This document shows, piece after piece, positions 39,801-52,200 of a stretch of 64,000 nt of DNA. How positions within the stretch are numbered: the stretch's first letter is position 1; each line of letters starts with the position of its first letter. Under the pieces are notes generated by a model. It saw only the letters and a list, made by a program, of their open reading frames with translations. It did no database searches and was not told where the DNA came from. A program made the translations under genes and the position numbers. The DNA is from Phoronis australis (Eukaryota; Animalia; Phoronida): positions 1,695,858 through 1,759,857 of the forward strand of contig NMRA01000009.1 in assembly GCA_002633005.1 (NCBI GenBank). The letters are read 5' to 3'.

Positions 39801-42800
39801 GGTGCTAAAGGGAGTGGCTGACAAGTGAGTGACAGGTTTGCCATTGGAATGACACAAACGTCTTTTTAGTATCAAATGAAGGGTGATTGTTCAACTAAGT
39901 CTTCTCATCCGTTTAGTGATGTGCTCCTTGGCAACTAAAAAGATTTCATCAAAAGGAGTCACCAAGAGGAACTTGATATTTTGAAAGTTTATGTCTCTGT
40001 TAGTTTTGTTAACAGTGTGAATGATTGTGGCCAAATGGGTTTTTAAGAATAAATTAAATTCATCAGATTTATTAATCAGAGAGACCTTAATGAAGTGAAA
40101 CTGAATGTTTGTCTCATTGATTAGCAGTGTCAACATGCAACTATTGCATTATTAACCAGTGAATAATTTTTAAAAAAAGTTTGATAGTTATTATATTGGG
40201 TAAAGATTTTGTAATGACCGGATACTGTAGGTTGTTTGACCAGAAAGCACCCATCTCCTTCGCCTCTTGGATGGTGTATGGTTTCCCTGGCATGCTCATA
40301 TGTCTTGTTATCTGCTGGGTCTGGTTGCAAGCCTACTTCTTTGGCTTCAAGTAAGTGAGACACAATTTCACTTTTGGTATCGCCAGTTTGAGCAACTGAT
40401 AATTGTTGTAAATGGGCCAAGATTGGACGTGTTTCGCAAGAAGAGCAATACAACGTGTTGCTATGCACTTACTGAGTGCATCACCAATGGGAAAAATGTA
40501 TGGAATGCTAACATTTCCACGCACTGGTGAGCAAAACTAGTGAACTTACAATTGAGACTACAGGTGGCGTGCTAGTCGATGGTTGATTGAGATTGGCACA
40601 AATAAAACTAAAGTTACCATTAGTTGGTATTGCTGCAGTCAGATTAAATCCAACAATAAACACCAGAATAGGAATTCATTTGCCGTGATGATTCTTTATA
40701 GTATTTTTGGCAAACTGAGAGGAAATTGTCACAAGGCGAATCTCTCAAAGTCCTGAGTGTTCTAGCATTCTCACAATATTCTCGCCTTTTTGGAATGCAC
40801 GCCTGGTATATACTTGTGCCACTCTCTGTATACATCAAACGTCATGTTTTATAGAAGAACGTTTTGCTGGTGTAAAGCTGAGTATCAAACAAAAGAAAAT
40901 GAAGGAGTGAAAGAGGTCATACAGGGCGAGTGGCGAAAACTTGGGCCAATGACGTGAGTAACCTAATATTCACTCGGTCATCAAACAAATTTAAAAATAC
41001 TCTGTATTTTAAAATTAGCGAATTAAGTTGCCAAATCCTTATCTTTTTGCCATTTTGATTGGCCTCGAATTTTGGCATCAAAGGTAGACAAGTTGCTACA
41101 AGCTCAGGGGGTCATTTATCACCAGACTTCTCTGATGACAAATCACTTGTAGGACACAATGACACAATGTAACACAATTACTTAAAAACAAACGTGTTGT
41201 TATTGAAGCAGTAAAAGGAAACACAGGAAACAAATTATTATACACTTCATGCCAAAATAATTAGACAAAATGACCCAGAATTCCCTGTTGTGACATGTCA
41301 TTACCTGTCATGGTGGAAATGTATTTTGTCAGATTACTTTTGGAGTGTACTGTAAAAGAGATTGCTTCAGTACACTGTGATTTGTTTTATTTGTTATTTT
41401 ACTTTTTGCAGCTTTGCTGAAATTGTTGTACTCATCCACTTTATTCTTTTGGCCTTACTGTGGCTACTGCGTGACCCTGAGTTCATGCCCGGATGGAGCA
41501 CACCACTGTTGGAAAAGAAGTAAGTGCATACCCTATAATGGTAATTCTTCACTTTTTTGCACACACAGTTATTTTGAAAACTAAGTAAACATTTTAGCCC
41601 TCGCCTACTTTGCACTCAGTCTGTTTTACACTTATTCATTGCGGAGTTGTTTTCACATGATGAAACGGGTGACTTGCATGAGTGTCATGTCATTCTTGAG
41701 TCATACCCTCAAAAGAATGTATAACCAATGATTGGGTAGAAGTATCTTGATTACTGTTAATTAGACCATGTTGGAAATGCTTAGTTAATTCCACACACCC
41801 ATCAGTCTGGGCTCAAAACAGCACTTTGCCTTTACAAACATCAATCATGGTCCAGGAAAAGTGATTGCCAAGCCATTTTGATTAAGAAAGTACATTGCAT
41901 AACTTTAGAAAAAAACTTTGCTAAAGGTGATGCAAGCAGGCACATTTTGTTCATTAAAGCAGTGAGGTGCAGGTTTTGAAATGAGTCACCTGTCCACCAG
42001 TAACCGATATGATGTTTCCTTTGACCTGACCTACTTTGTGTTGGCTGACCTACAACTACTCACTGCAGCTACCCTGATGACCATGCCTGTGATGTTCATT
42101 TTAGGATGATGACTGATGCAGCCACCGCCATGATGGTTTGCATGTCACTTTTCCTTTTTCCATCGAGGAGACCCAACTTCCTGTGCTGTCGCGCCAAGAG
42201 TGGTGAGTCACGTTTTGGAATGCATAACTAGATGATTAGAACTCTGTGACCATAACAGGAAGATCTATAAACAATGGAAAGTTAACTTGCCAATTAATGG
42301 ATTTTGTGTACAACAATCTCATAAAATAGACGAAGAGTCTTGGTAGTCACAACTGCATGTCAAATTCACATACCTTCAATGTAAGTCAGACAAGCCATAT
42401 TAAGAAAAATTCTTACTGGGAAGTTGAACCTTACCCTTCAGATGACAGCCCACCTGGACCAGTACCGCCCATCTTGGAGTGGAAGATTGTCCAGCACAAA
42501 CTGCCATGGGATGTGCTGATTCTTTTGGGTGGAGGCTTCGCCCTTGCTGACGGCTGCCAAGCCTCAGGACTGTCTAAAATGGTGGGCGATCAGCTCAAGT
42601 CATTGAGCGATGTGCCACCATGGGCTCTCGTCCTCCTGCTGTGTCTAGCCACGTCTGCCATGACCATCTTCATCAGCAACGCTGCCACTGCCACAATCTT
42701 CCTGCCCATAGTTGCTGAACTGGTTCGTTGCATAAGCTTTCTTTTCTCTCTATATCTAACCTCAAGTTCACTGAAATGTTCTTACCTATACCGGTAAATG

Positions 42801-44656
42801 CTGTTTAGCTTAAAAAATAATTTCTTGCAGGCATGTGCAGGCTGCTTAGGTGCACTGATCACAAGGAACCATTTTTATGCTTTAAATATACAGTTAAAAC
42901 TAAACTGAAGAGCTAGAGACCCGACTCCACGGTCTAGCAGTGTGCACCAGTAGGACTCGAACCCACAACCTTGAGTAAAGGAAGCAGACACCTGTGCCAG
43001 TAGGACACAGTGCCTCCTTGTTCTTAGCTTAACATCCAGCACAGTTTGACACGTTTCTCATTTCAGACACTCGTGTTTGGTTATGACCAACCACTAACTT
43101 TTACAGTTAAAAAAACTCTCAGAGCCATTCTCATGATAATGATTTCACTGTTTGGAAGAAAGAACACAGGGCATTATGAGAGATGAATTTAAATAATACA
43201 TGTATGTTGTATAAAGTCAAAGAAAGTCGATGAATTCTGTTAAACTTTGTGCGTTAGCCATTACCTGGTACAAATTTAGTCATGTGCTGCTCAGGGTCAC
43301 TTTTTGATAACATGAATTATTTCACCAAAAAAGTCTGAGGCAGGGCCTGAAAGCGCTGTAAAATCTCACAGTTGGGCTGCATTTTGATGGCAGGGTGAAA
43401 TTTCAAGAATAAAGCACAACAGTTATATGGTAGATGTGTGTTCACCATCATGTCACTCCCACCTACATTACAGAATAAAGAATAAAGCACAACTACAGTT
43501 ATATGGTAGATGTGTGTTCACCATCATGTCACTCCCACCTACATTACAGGGCAAAGGGCTCCACCTCAATCCACTCTACTTCATGTTACCTGTCACCATA
43601 ACAACATCATTCGCGTTTGTCTTGCCAGTATCTACCCCGCCTAATGCCATCGTCTTCTCTCACGGTACTCTTAAAGTGAAAGACATGGTAAGTTACAACA
43701 CCACTTTCAGTTTCTGTTCCATGTCAGTTGTTACTGCACGATTTATCTAAAGAGCCTGTTTTGGCAAATGACCTGTTTTAGTAGACTTGTATACTCTATA
43801 ATTTGTCTCAGGGTAGATGTATTGTACTTGAGCATTTAACATGGTCATGTGAACTACTTAATGAACTTGTGAACTCTGTTCATAACATTCAATAAATTCA
43901 TTTTCCGGGTCAAGAAGTTTTTTATGAAATATAATTTGGAATAAATATTCGATTTGCTATCACATATGATGCTATTTGTGTGTCTCAAGCAGGAATACAT
44001 GCAGTATAGGTAAGTATCCAGACAGGAATACATGAAGTATAGGTAAGTATCCAGTGTACAATAGTAATACCGCAACAACAGAACTTCAGGACGTCTTCTT
44101 TGAGTGTGGTGTCCCTTCAGGCTCTACCAAGTTCCGATTATAAACACCTCGGATTTTGAGCCACCATATGCTGTGAAACAATGCCACTGATGCTGGTGAA
44201 GGAAGCACTGATCTACATCAAACCAGCATTCTCTTGTAGTTTACCAAAAATATTTGTGTTTCATGCAATTTCATGCAATGAATGCAAAATTTTCGGCTAC
44301 TGTGAAAATTGTCCCTAACATGTTAGTGATTCACAAACATAAGTCTGGTCTGCACACCACCTGTTAGTCACATCATGTGACCTAACGTATCCACGTGTTT
44401 GTGTTTGTCTGACACATCCCATCCCATTGTCTTTATTCAGGCCAAGAGTGGGATTGTTCTCAACGTGCTCTGCATACTGGTGGCGCTGCTGTCTGTACAG
44501 AGTTGGGGCTATGCTTATTTTGACCTGGGCACGTACCCCGCTTGGGCAGACGAGTTAGACAAGTACTACGCAGATGCAAACAAGATACCAGCAGCATGCA
44601 TGAAGTACATTGTTAACACAACTGCTGCCAATGTAACGTATGGCTATACGCCATGA
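21866..44656 (+). CDS. SLC13: SLC13 family Na+-dependent di/tricarboxylate or sulfate cotransporter (SLC13A2/A5/Indy-like)
   Basis: Phase-consistent exons: 21866-21994, 29269-29418, 29571-29686, 31346-31497, 37225-37411, (38766-39026 candidate cassette), 39672-39824, 40231-40350, 40855-40953, 41412-41519, 42105-42202, 42442-42722, 43550-43687, 44441-44656(TGA). Motifs: [52 protein letters not shown] (SNT motif), [75 protein letters not shown]. Confidence 0.95.
22540..22878. repeat. Minisatellite, 30-bp unit, ~11 copies
   Basis: Unit gctagtagatacggagatggtatgccgtct; it explains the repetitive ORF at 22554-22889. Confidence 0.95.
28602..28671. repeat. 13-bp tandem repeat, ~5 copies
   Basis: gttatgttacaaa repeated. 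Confidence 0.9.
32508..32650. repeat. Minisatellite, ~42-bp unit, ~3.5 copies, each with a palindrome
   Basis: Unit ggatccatgcatgcatggatatgcagtattcatataacctaa contains atccatgcatgcatggat; a partial copy lies at ~31915. Confidence 0.9.
38766..39026 (+). CDS. Candidate cassette exon in the large hydrophilic loop of SLC13
   Basis: ccttaacag acceptor, 261 nt open in the required frame ([15 protein letters not shown]...[10 protein letters not shown]), donor cg|gtaaca, phase 2 at both ends. Confidence 0.6.
42910..43016 (-). mobile_element. Degenerate tRNA-derived SINE head
   Basis: Minus strand: decayed A box tgtcctactgg and B box gggttcgagtcc (42953-42964). Confidence 0.55.
43406..43549 (+). repeat. 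Tandem duplication (~70-76 bp) including the 3' splice acceptor of an SLC13 exon
   Basis: agaataaagcacaac..agttatatggtagatgtgtgttcaccatcatgtcactcccacctacattacag occurs twice, ending at 43473 and 43549. Confidence 0.9.
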
Positions 44657-44699
44657 GAGTTAAACACACTATTAATGAACGTGTATGCTATTTTCACAG

Positions 44700-44885
44700 G
44701 CTCTGTCAGGAATTGTACTCAATGCTTTCTGTATTCTGGTGACACTACTAGCTACTCAAACATGGGGCTACGCATACTTTGATCTTGGTTCAAGTGCTTG
44801 GAAACCATCGGTAAATGCCCCTTTTAAGATTGTTTTACATACATTACGTGTAGGAGTGTTTTACAGAAATTCTGTGTTTACTTAA
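44700..44885 (+). CDS. Duplicated alternative last coding exon of SLC13
   Basis: Acceptor ttttcacag|GCT, phase 0 like 44441. [30 protein letters not shown] is paralogous to [30 protein letters not shown]. It ends at TAA 44885 or at a possible donor at 44810. Confidence 0.75.
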   Translation, partial: ALSGIVLNAFCILVTLLATQTWGYAYFDLGSSAWKPSVNAPFKIVLHTLRVGVFYRNSVFT

Positions 44886-47800
44886 ACTATTTTAATTTCT
44901 AAGTTGTGCCATACTTTCAATTATTCTTGAGATTACAATTTTTATATATGTAACGTTTCAAAGTCGTATTCAAATGACATATTAACTCATTTACCATCAG
45001 AGTGGTTGATGTTCTAAATGTGCATGAATTTCGCAACTAATGTATTTATTCAAGATATATTGCATTTATGTGGATATACGAAATTCTGATAGCTTTTCTA
45101 TAAAATGCCATGATGTGCTATCATAAGTCTGAATGGTCACTAATGGTTCGTTTCTACCAAGTCGACAATAAAAAGGGAGAATATAGCAATTCAATGCAAG
45201 GTCAAGGTCGTAGTTGCAGAGCAGAGCTTGCATATCCACACAAGACAATGTAGTCAGTCTAGCTTCATTGTTAACATCACTTGTTTAAGTTATGTGAATC
45301 TCGTTTGGAGGACTGCATAATAGAAATTTAATATTTAATCTTGCCAACACACAGCCTTCAAATGGTACTGCCAACGCCACGAGTTTAATCTAAGTCAGTG
45401 TGAGTGTTGTTACAAAATGCACTTATGGTGTTTTTGTTTATGTTTTGTTTGTTGTTGTTGTTGTTACTGATACAATTAAACATTTCGCATCAGACAAAGG
45501 GACTGTTTCAGCAAGAAATTCTAACTTGTGTTACGACAGTTGTAAATCAGACTTCTGACCAAAAGGGGTCACAAGACCCTCACTGAAACAAGTCAACTGG
45601 AAACGTTTTCTGGTGAAATGCTCGAAATGTTAAAATAGTGAAAGCTACTTTTTTGTTGGGTTCTGTTAATTGCTTTCCATCAGATTTGCTCTGTCAATTT
45701 ATTTGTATGTACCCTAGTCAGTATCAATGCACACAGTTTGGAGTATATACATGTATGGTACTTGCTTTGACACAACAATGTTAACTTTTTTGTTATTCTT
45801 TATAAATATTTATGTTGTTATATGTACTTTACCATAATCTCTGACTTGTCCGTTTATACTGTTTAGTAGGCGATGATGTGTATAAAGTACATTCAGGGGT
45901 GAAAATAGACATTTATCGCAATAAGTTGCTCTTCTTTTGAATTCAAGTACAGTATTTCTCCACTTATTTTGCACAAAAATAATCACCAAAATTGTCACTT
46001 TTGCATTTTTCAAATCCTGTTTACTCAACTGAAACGATGAAAAAATTACCAAAAGTTGTTTTATAACATCTGCACAGTGCAAGCCATGCTTGCTTGGCTT
46101 GGAACATGAAAGCTCGTCAAAAATATCTTTTAAACAATTCCTGACGAAAGTACTATCTTACAACACCTAGTACAGAGTAATTCAATTTCCTGTGAGGAAA
46201 TTTCCAGAAAAAAGCACAAAATTGACAATTCTTAAATACATATGAAGGAAAAGCTGTGTGGTTACCACAGAATTTCTAATATACCTCCCAATTACGATAA
46301 ATGTGTACTTGTGCTCAGTTAGTTGCTTGAAGTTGCTGAGGTCAAAGGTTACATTTTCCATATAAGAGAAATGTGCTATGTCTATGTCTTGCCATACCAA
46401 ATAAGGAGACATGTTTTGCCTTGTGGGAGAAAAATCAACGAACTGGCAAGCAGTTGACAGATCGTTTGTTTTAAAACTTGAAAGTAAAAGAAAATGCTTT
46501 GATATTAACTTACTTTGAAAATCTTTATGAACAAACCCTAAAAATACCTGATGAGTAGGTTGAATTATGTTTCAGTGGCAGAGAACAACTTCCAATATTG
46601 CAATTTTGTCTGTTTATCGCTTTCCAGGCCTATTTAAATCTCCATTTTTGTAGAGAAATTTGACAACATAGAATTTCACTCGTCGACCATATTGTGCAGT
46701 AAATAAGCGAAGAGTAAGCATAGCACTAATAGTGTGGACTAATGATATGCGTCTGTCTGAAGTTTGTCAATATGTTGTCCATGCAAGTATTCTGTGTCAT
46801 TTTTGTGACATTTTTGTCAGATTGGGAAGGAATGTGGCGGGAAGTGACCATGGAGAAGTTGTCAGAAGGAATCCTAACGCAAACGCACATCTCAGTGTGT
46901 TGTTAACTAAATGCTAATTTTTTCACAAGTTGTTGTAGTATCAATGTTCTTACTCTTATCAGTCAGGGCAAGCAATGTTTCCTGCTCAAATGATGCTTTT
47001 TAATGGCTATTTTGTCCTAAAACCTGTTTTAAAGAGATTAATTTTTAATGAAGTGGCATTGCTAGGCTTGGAGGCATTTTCTGTCGCATTGACGTTAAAA
47101 GCTACATGTAACAGTATCTTGGGAAACCTTTATTTTGTTTTGGGATGGAACTTTATTTTAATATATGGTGAGTTGTATGATGCACTCTAATGGACTGAAT
47201 GGACTACTTGATTCGTCATTGAGGTCAGGTGCACTTTTGGCATGACCCAACGAGCAGTGCATGAGGCTTTGAAATGGACAAGTTGAGGAGGCACTTTCTT
47301 GCCAAAATTTCCTGCAAAAGGAAAACTTACTTAGCCAACTTATTTAAAATGATGTGTAATATTAATGTAGCAGTAAACCAGAAACTGAAACTGTGCACTT
47401 GGATGTATCCATGAGAACGCACAAACATTATCCAGGGGAATATCTGGCTATTCTTAAGTTATTATCATGCCTGAAGAATCTCAATGGGAAATTGAGATAT
47501 ATACAGGAATGTACACAGTATAGATATCTTTTAAGCCAATTTTAGAAAAGTGTTGATTTTATACAAGAGGGATGAGGACCCAGTGGTTATTATGTGAGGA
47601 ATGCTGCAATTAAATTATACCGTAAAACATTTTAGGAAACTGTGATATACAGGTAAGTTTGGGAGGTTAAGATATTTAATGACAAGTTTTTAGGTCTTCA
47701 TCTTGCATGCATAGCCACGATAGACCAATATTTAACCTGAATTGAATGTAGTACCTAATTGGCAATTAAAAAGGTATCTACTTGTTTTACCTTTGACTGG

Positions 47801-49250
47801 ATCTGGATTTCACTATGGCAGGTAGCATGACTGGTTACTTTGTATTGGTCGATACCATGTCCATTTTGGTAAATAAGCACACCTGGCTAAACTCCCACCC
47901 CTGAATTTCAAGAAATTGCACTTTAAGCCACCATAGTTTATTGCACTCATACTTTTAGTTCCTAGGTTTAAACATTGTGAATGTGAACACTTAATATATA
48001 CGTAAAACCAACCATAAATAGATCGACTGGTTGGTGTTATGTCAACAAGACTGTGCATTCAGACAAACATCTGCACAACTTGTGAATTTTAATAGGTAAA
48101 AGAATGTTTTCGAAAAGTAGAGTTCACTTCGTACAAGTCTGCCATTAATTGGGCCATGTGACCATGTCTTTTTAATACGATGTTCCGAAATTAGTCAAAT
48201 TTGGACATTTTTCTAGGGTCTTACATGACCTTAAGACAGGCTGTTGCACAACGCATGTTTAATAACGTTGCTGTCTTGAGTACATGTGACAATCTGTTTC
48301 TGTAACGTGTGTTATCAGCTGTACTGTAGATAGCTTTCTATATTGTGCATAGCATGTATAGTGTTGAAAGATTAATAAATTTAATTAGTCAATTCTTGTG
48401 TGTACATTCACAACACAGGCTGTAGGACAGTTTGAACTTCTAACTGCAGCAAAATTCACCCCTCAATGAAGGGAGACACATGCTGCCCAGGCCCTGTTTC
48501 TTGCAGTGCTGCTGAACACATTAATGTTTGACATGTTGCGTGATGAACAAAACCGGCTTTCACAAACCACAACTCCAACGGTAGCATCAGTGCACCCATG
48601 ATTGACAGTGTACCTATGACTGACACCCTCATCATTTCCGTTCAATTAACAAGTATTAACGATATCTTACCTGTTACAACGAATTCCCTTCAAGTCTCAA
48701 CTCGAGCAGATTGCACTGCGTGCGTACATATTGCTTACTGAATTGCACAATCACATCTTGCTTTTTTGAACATGGGGTTAAGGCGATACAGCAGCAGATG
48801 GCCAGACAGAAATGACAGCAACACGCAACCACACACATATATAATATATGTTGGTGCAAAAAAGGAGAGTTATATTGCCAAAAATAGGTTATGTATTATA
48901 ACATAAAAATGATTCCATTTGTTTTCGAAGTGGCAATACCATTTTTCCTGTTAAGTAACTTCTCTTGCTTAAAAATGGAAAAACTATTTAAGCCACATGA
49001 TATACATATTACAATTCATAAGCTTCACATCATGCATACCCCACTCTGCTGTTACATTGTTCTTCACATTGGGTTCCTATCTATCCATGAACAGTCAGTG
49101 CTGTAGCCCCAATACAGCACTGTGAACAGTTTATGACTCATTATGGAGGTACAGATGCTTAAGATGTAAAATGTATAGTTACACATTATGACTAGGAAAG
49201 GCCACTAGAGTGCACTGTTCATGCTTGAGAGGTCAGCCTGTGAATAGCTA

Positions 49251-52200
49251 TCAAGCAGATTTCTTTTTCTTCAGTGCCGATAATCTTTGAAGTTGAATCT
49301 GAACAACCTGAAGGGAACAAAAAATCCAATAATATAGCCACGTATAATTATATAAACTTATAAGAGTAAATACACACACTCTCTAAATGTACATTACAAC
49401 ACTTCCGTAGTCACTAAGGTTTAGCTTTACCATCGCCTTATACTGTGCATGATGGTAAACATCCAGTCTCTTCAATTAGAGTCAATATTCTGCACTTACA
49501 CAGATTGATCATAGTATTGAGGGCATTATTTTCACTTTTAAGCACACCCTTCATTCAAATAGACGAAATGGTAACTACTCACCTTGTCAACCAAGTCTTT
49601 GGCTATGTTTGTCATTTCTTGCTTCAAATTGTACGAATTTGGTAAATCCTAAAATCAGAATTGACAATCCAGGCATGCAATCCGTAGGGCAAGTTTCTTG
49701 TGGGAAAAGAGTGATGTCGCAAGAGAATGCAAAATCACGTGAGTCAAAGGCAAGTGTTTCACACACAGAATCTTACATGTGTACACTAGTAAAATGGTAA
49801 CTGGTCGGCGAGGCTGGAGTGGTGAATTATGGGATAATCCATAAGCGTAGTTAGTATCTGGCATAATGGAATGAATCACTGAAGTTATGCCCCACAGTAA
49901 GTTTCACCAGCAATGTATGATGTTGTAGTTACACTTTCAGCCCTAAAAGAGACAGGTACTTAGAAAAGCCAGCAGATATACTCAAAAAATGAAATGTTCA
50001 CTGAACGGTGACCAATGTGGTCTATGACTTCAATAATAACATAGCATAACTAATACAACTAATTAGTACCAGGGGCAGATCCAGGGTTTTGAGTTAGGGG
50101 GAGCCAGGGCAGAGTATTTGCCACGATTTTGCCCGTCAGACATTTGCACCTCCAAACTGCCAAATGGAATCTCGGAGAATTTTAGAGGGGGCCATGATCC
50201 CCTTGGAAATCTGTCACTGAGTACTGGGTATGGTTGCTACTTAGCATGGAAACCCATTTGTGCAAATAAGAGAAAGCTTTATGTGCACTCCTATACAAAT
50301 GATGTATCCTACGCTCACTAGTGATGGATGTGCTGTTGTTACAGCAGGTGAGGTTAGCTCTTACCTTGACCAGTTGCTTGCTGTGTTCATACAGTCGTTT
50401 ACTACACACTGGGAAGGCTTCATGGGTCTTATCAATACCTTTACTGGCAAGAGTACGATCCACTATGTCTTGAAGTTGCTATAAGACAGGTTATAGCCTA
50501 TTCAAGATTCTACAGACACAAAGATAAACTAAATACGGTACTTGGACATACAGGTGAATGGATGGTTTCGTCCAAAGCAGAAAAATGCATCAGACTAGGT
50601 TGAAAGTAGAAAATTGTGATACAACTTTCAAAGTTATCATGTATGTCACTGTCAGATATTTCAATGTTTGGGACATTATTTCTGTACAATGACCATATCA
50701 AACAGCACAATATCAAAGCTTCTTAACAATTAATTACCTTTCATTCCCCAGCACTACTTACCCTCTTGTGTCTCTCTGAGCGAGATTCTCGTCTTGCACT
50801 GGAGCTCCTCGATTCTACAGAGCTTCTATGATCTTTCACAATTTCTTTAGCAGAAACTTGTTTAGTTCCAGCTTTACTTGAGAGAACTTGTCTATAACAA
50901 GATGCAACACATAAAACTACTCCTTTTGACATCTTATTATGTAAGACGGTTACCTCTGGCAAAATTTTCATAAACGATGTATTTCCCAAATGATATGTTT
51001 TAACAGTATGAGAAATTTTATTGATGGTATTTTATTAATGGTAAATTATCAAAAATGACAGACTGTTTAGAAACATATTTCAGGATATCTATATTTTTAC
51101 CAGAGTGCACAATGCTTACTATACTGACAATACTTACTATACTGACAATAATTACTATACTGACAATACTTACTATACTGACAATTCTTACTATACTGAC
51201 AATGCTTACTATACTGATAATAGTCTAAAAGTAAATACCACTCAAAATAGTTCTTCATAACCTATTCAGTGTAGTGATAAACAATTCATGTTCATTAGTT
51301 GAGGAAAATACAATAATAACACAGTTTTGACTTTCAGTTAGATCACCTTTTAGATGGGGGTGACATCATAGGTTCCCCTTTTCGCTTGAGTTGCTGCCTG
51401 GTTGAATGTAATTCAGAATCCGGTATACCCCGACCAGACCTTGACCTGGAACTCACTCTTTGACCTTTGACCTTTACACTCTTCACCCGAGTGAGTTGCT
51501 TCACACTTGGCACAGCCTTACCAATGCCAGAATTGCACGTGGACGATGTCTCATGGCTGACATAGCGAGCTCTGAGACGACACAGCAGATGGTCATTTCT
51601 TTCCGACGAGTTGCTCTTATTGTAGCTGAAATGAGAACGTTTGAATAACTAAATTATTATTCAACATAAAAACTTTTCCAGCAGTAGATGGGCTTAGTTT
51701 ATCAGAGCAGAGAGTGACTGAAGCTCAACTCCATGTCAGACAAGTGCGCTCATCAAGAACAAGAGGAGCATATTCCCTGGGGTCACAGCTCGGGGCACTA
51801 GACTGACGACCCTGGGGTCACAGCTCGGAGCAGTAGATTGATGACCCTGACTGAGTGAGAATAGACAGGTCATTATGTATAACCAGCATTTTCACCAACA
51901 TATCATCCAATGATACCAATACAAAGAGTTCTATAATAAATTGTGATATGTTGAACTTGGTAAAATACCTTAATGTTCTTTTCAGTATGAAAACTGACAG
52001 TTATACCCAGATCAGCATGAAGTCTATTCTATCAACATTTACAAAATTTCAACTCCTCACAATACAAGAAAAATAGAATTGTGCTAAAGGAATAGAAACT
52101 AAGTCACAAATCAAAAGCGTGTCATTGGATCGCTGCAAAATCAAGCTGGATACCACGATGTGTTTCATTACTTACTAAATATCATGATAGACAGTGTCAT

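Noticed and set aside
51109-51219. Array of cag|tata|gtaag units on the MTBP strand as stacked 4-nt microexons
   Set aside because: The units are only 18 bp apart, lack pyrimidine tracts and would frameshift; a simple tandem repeat.
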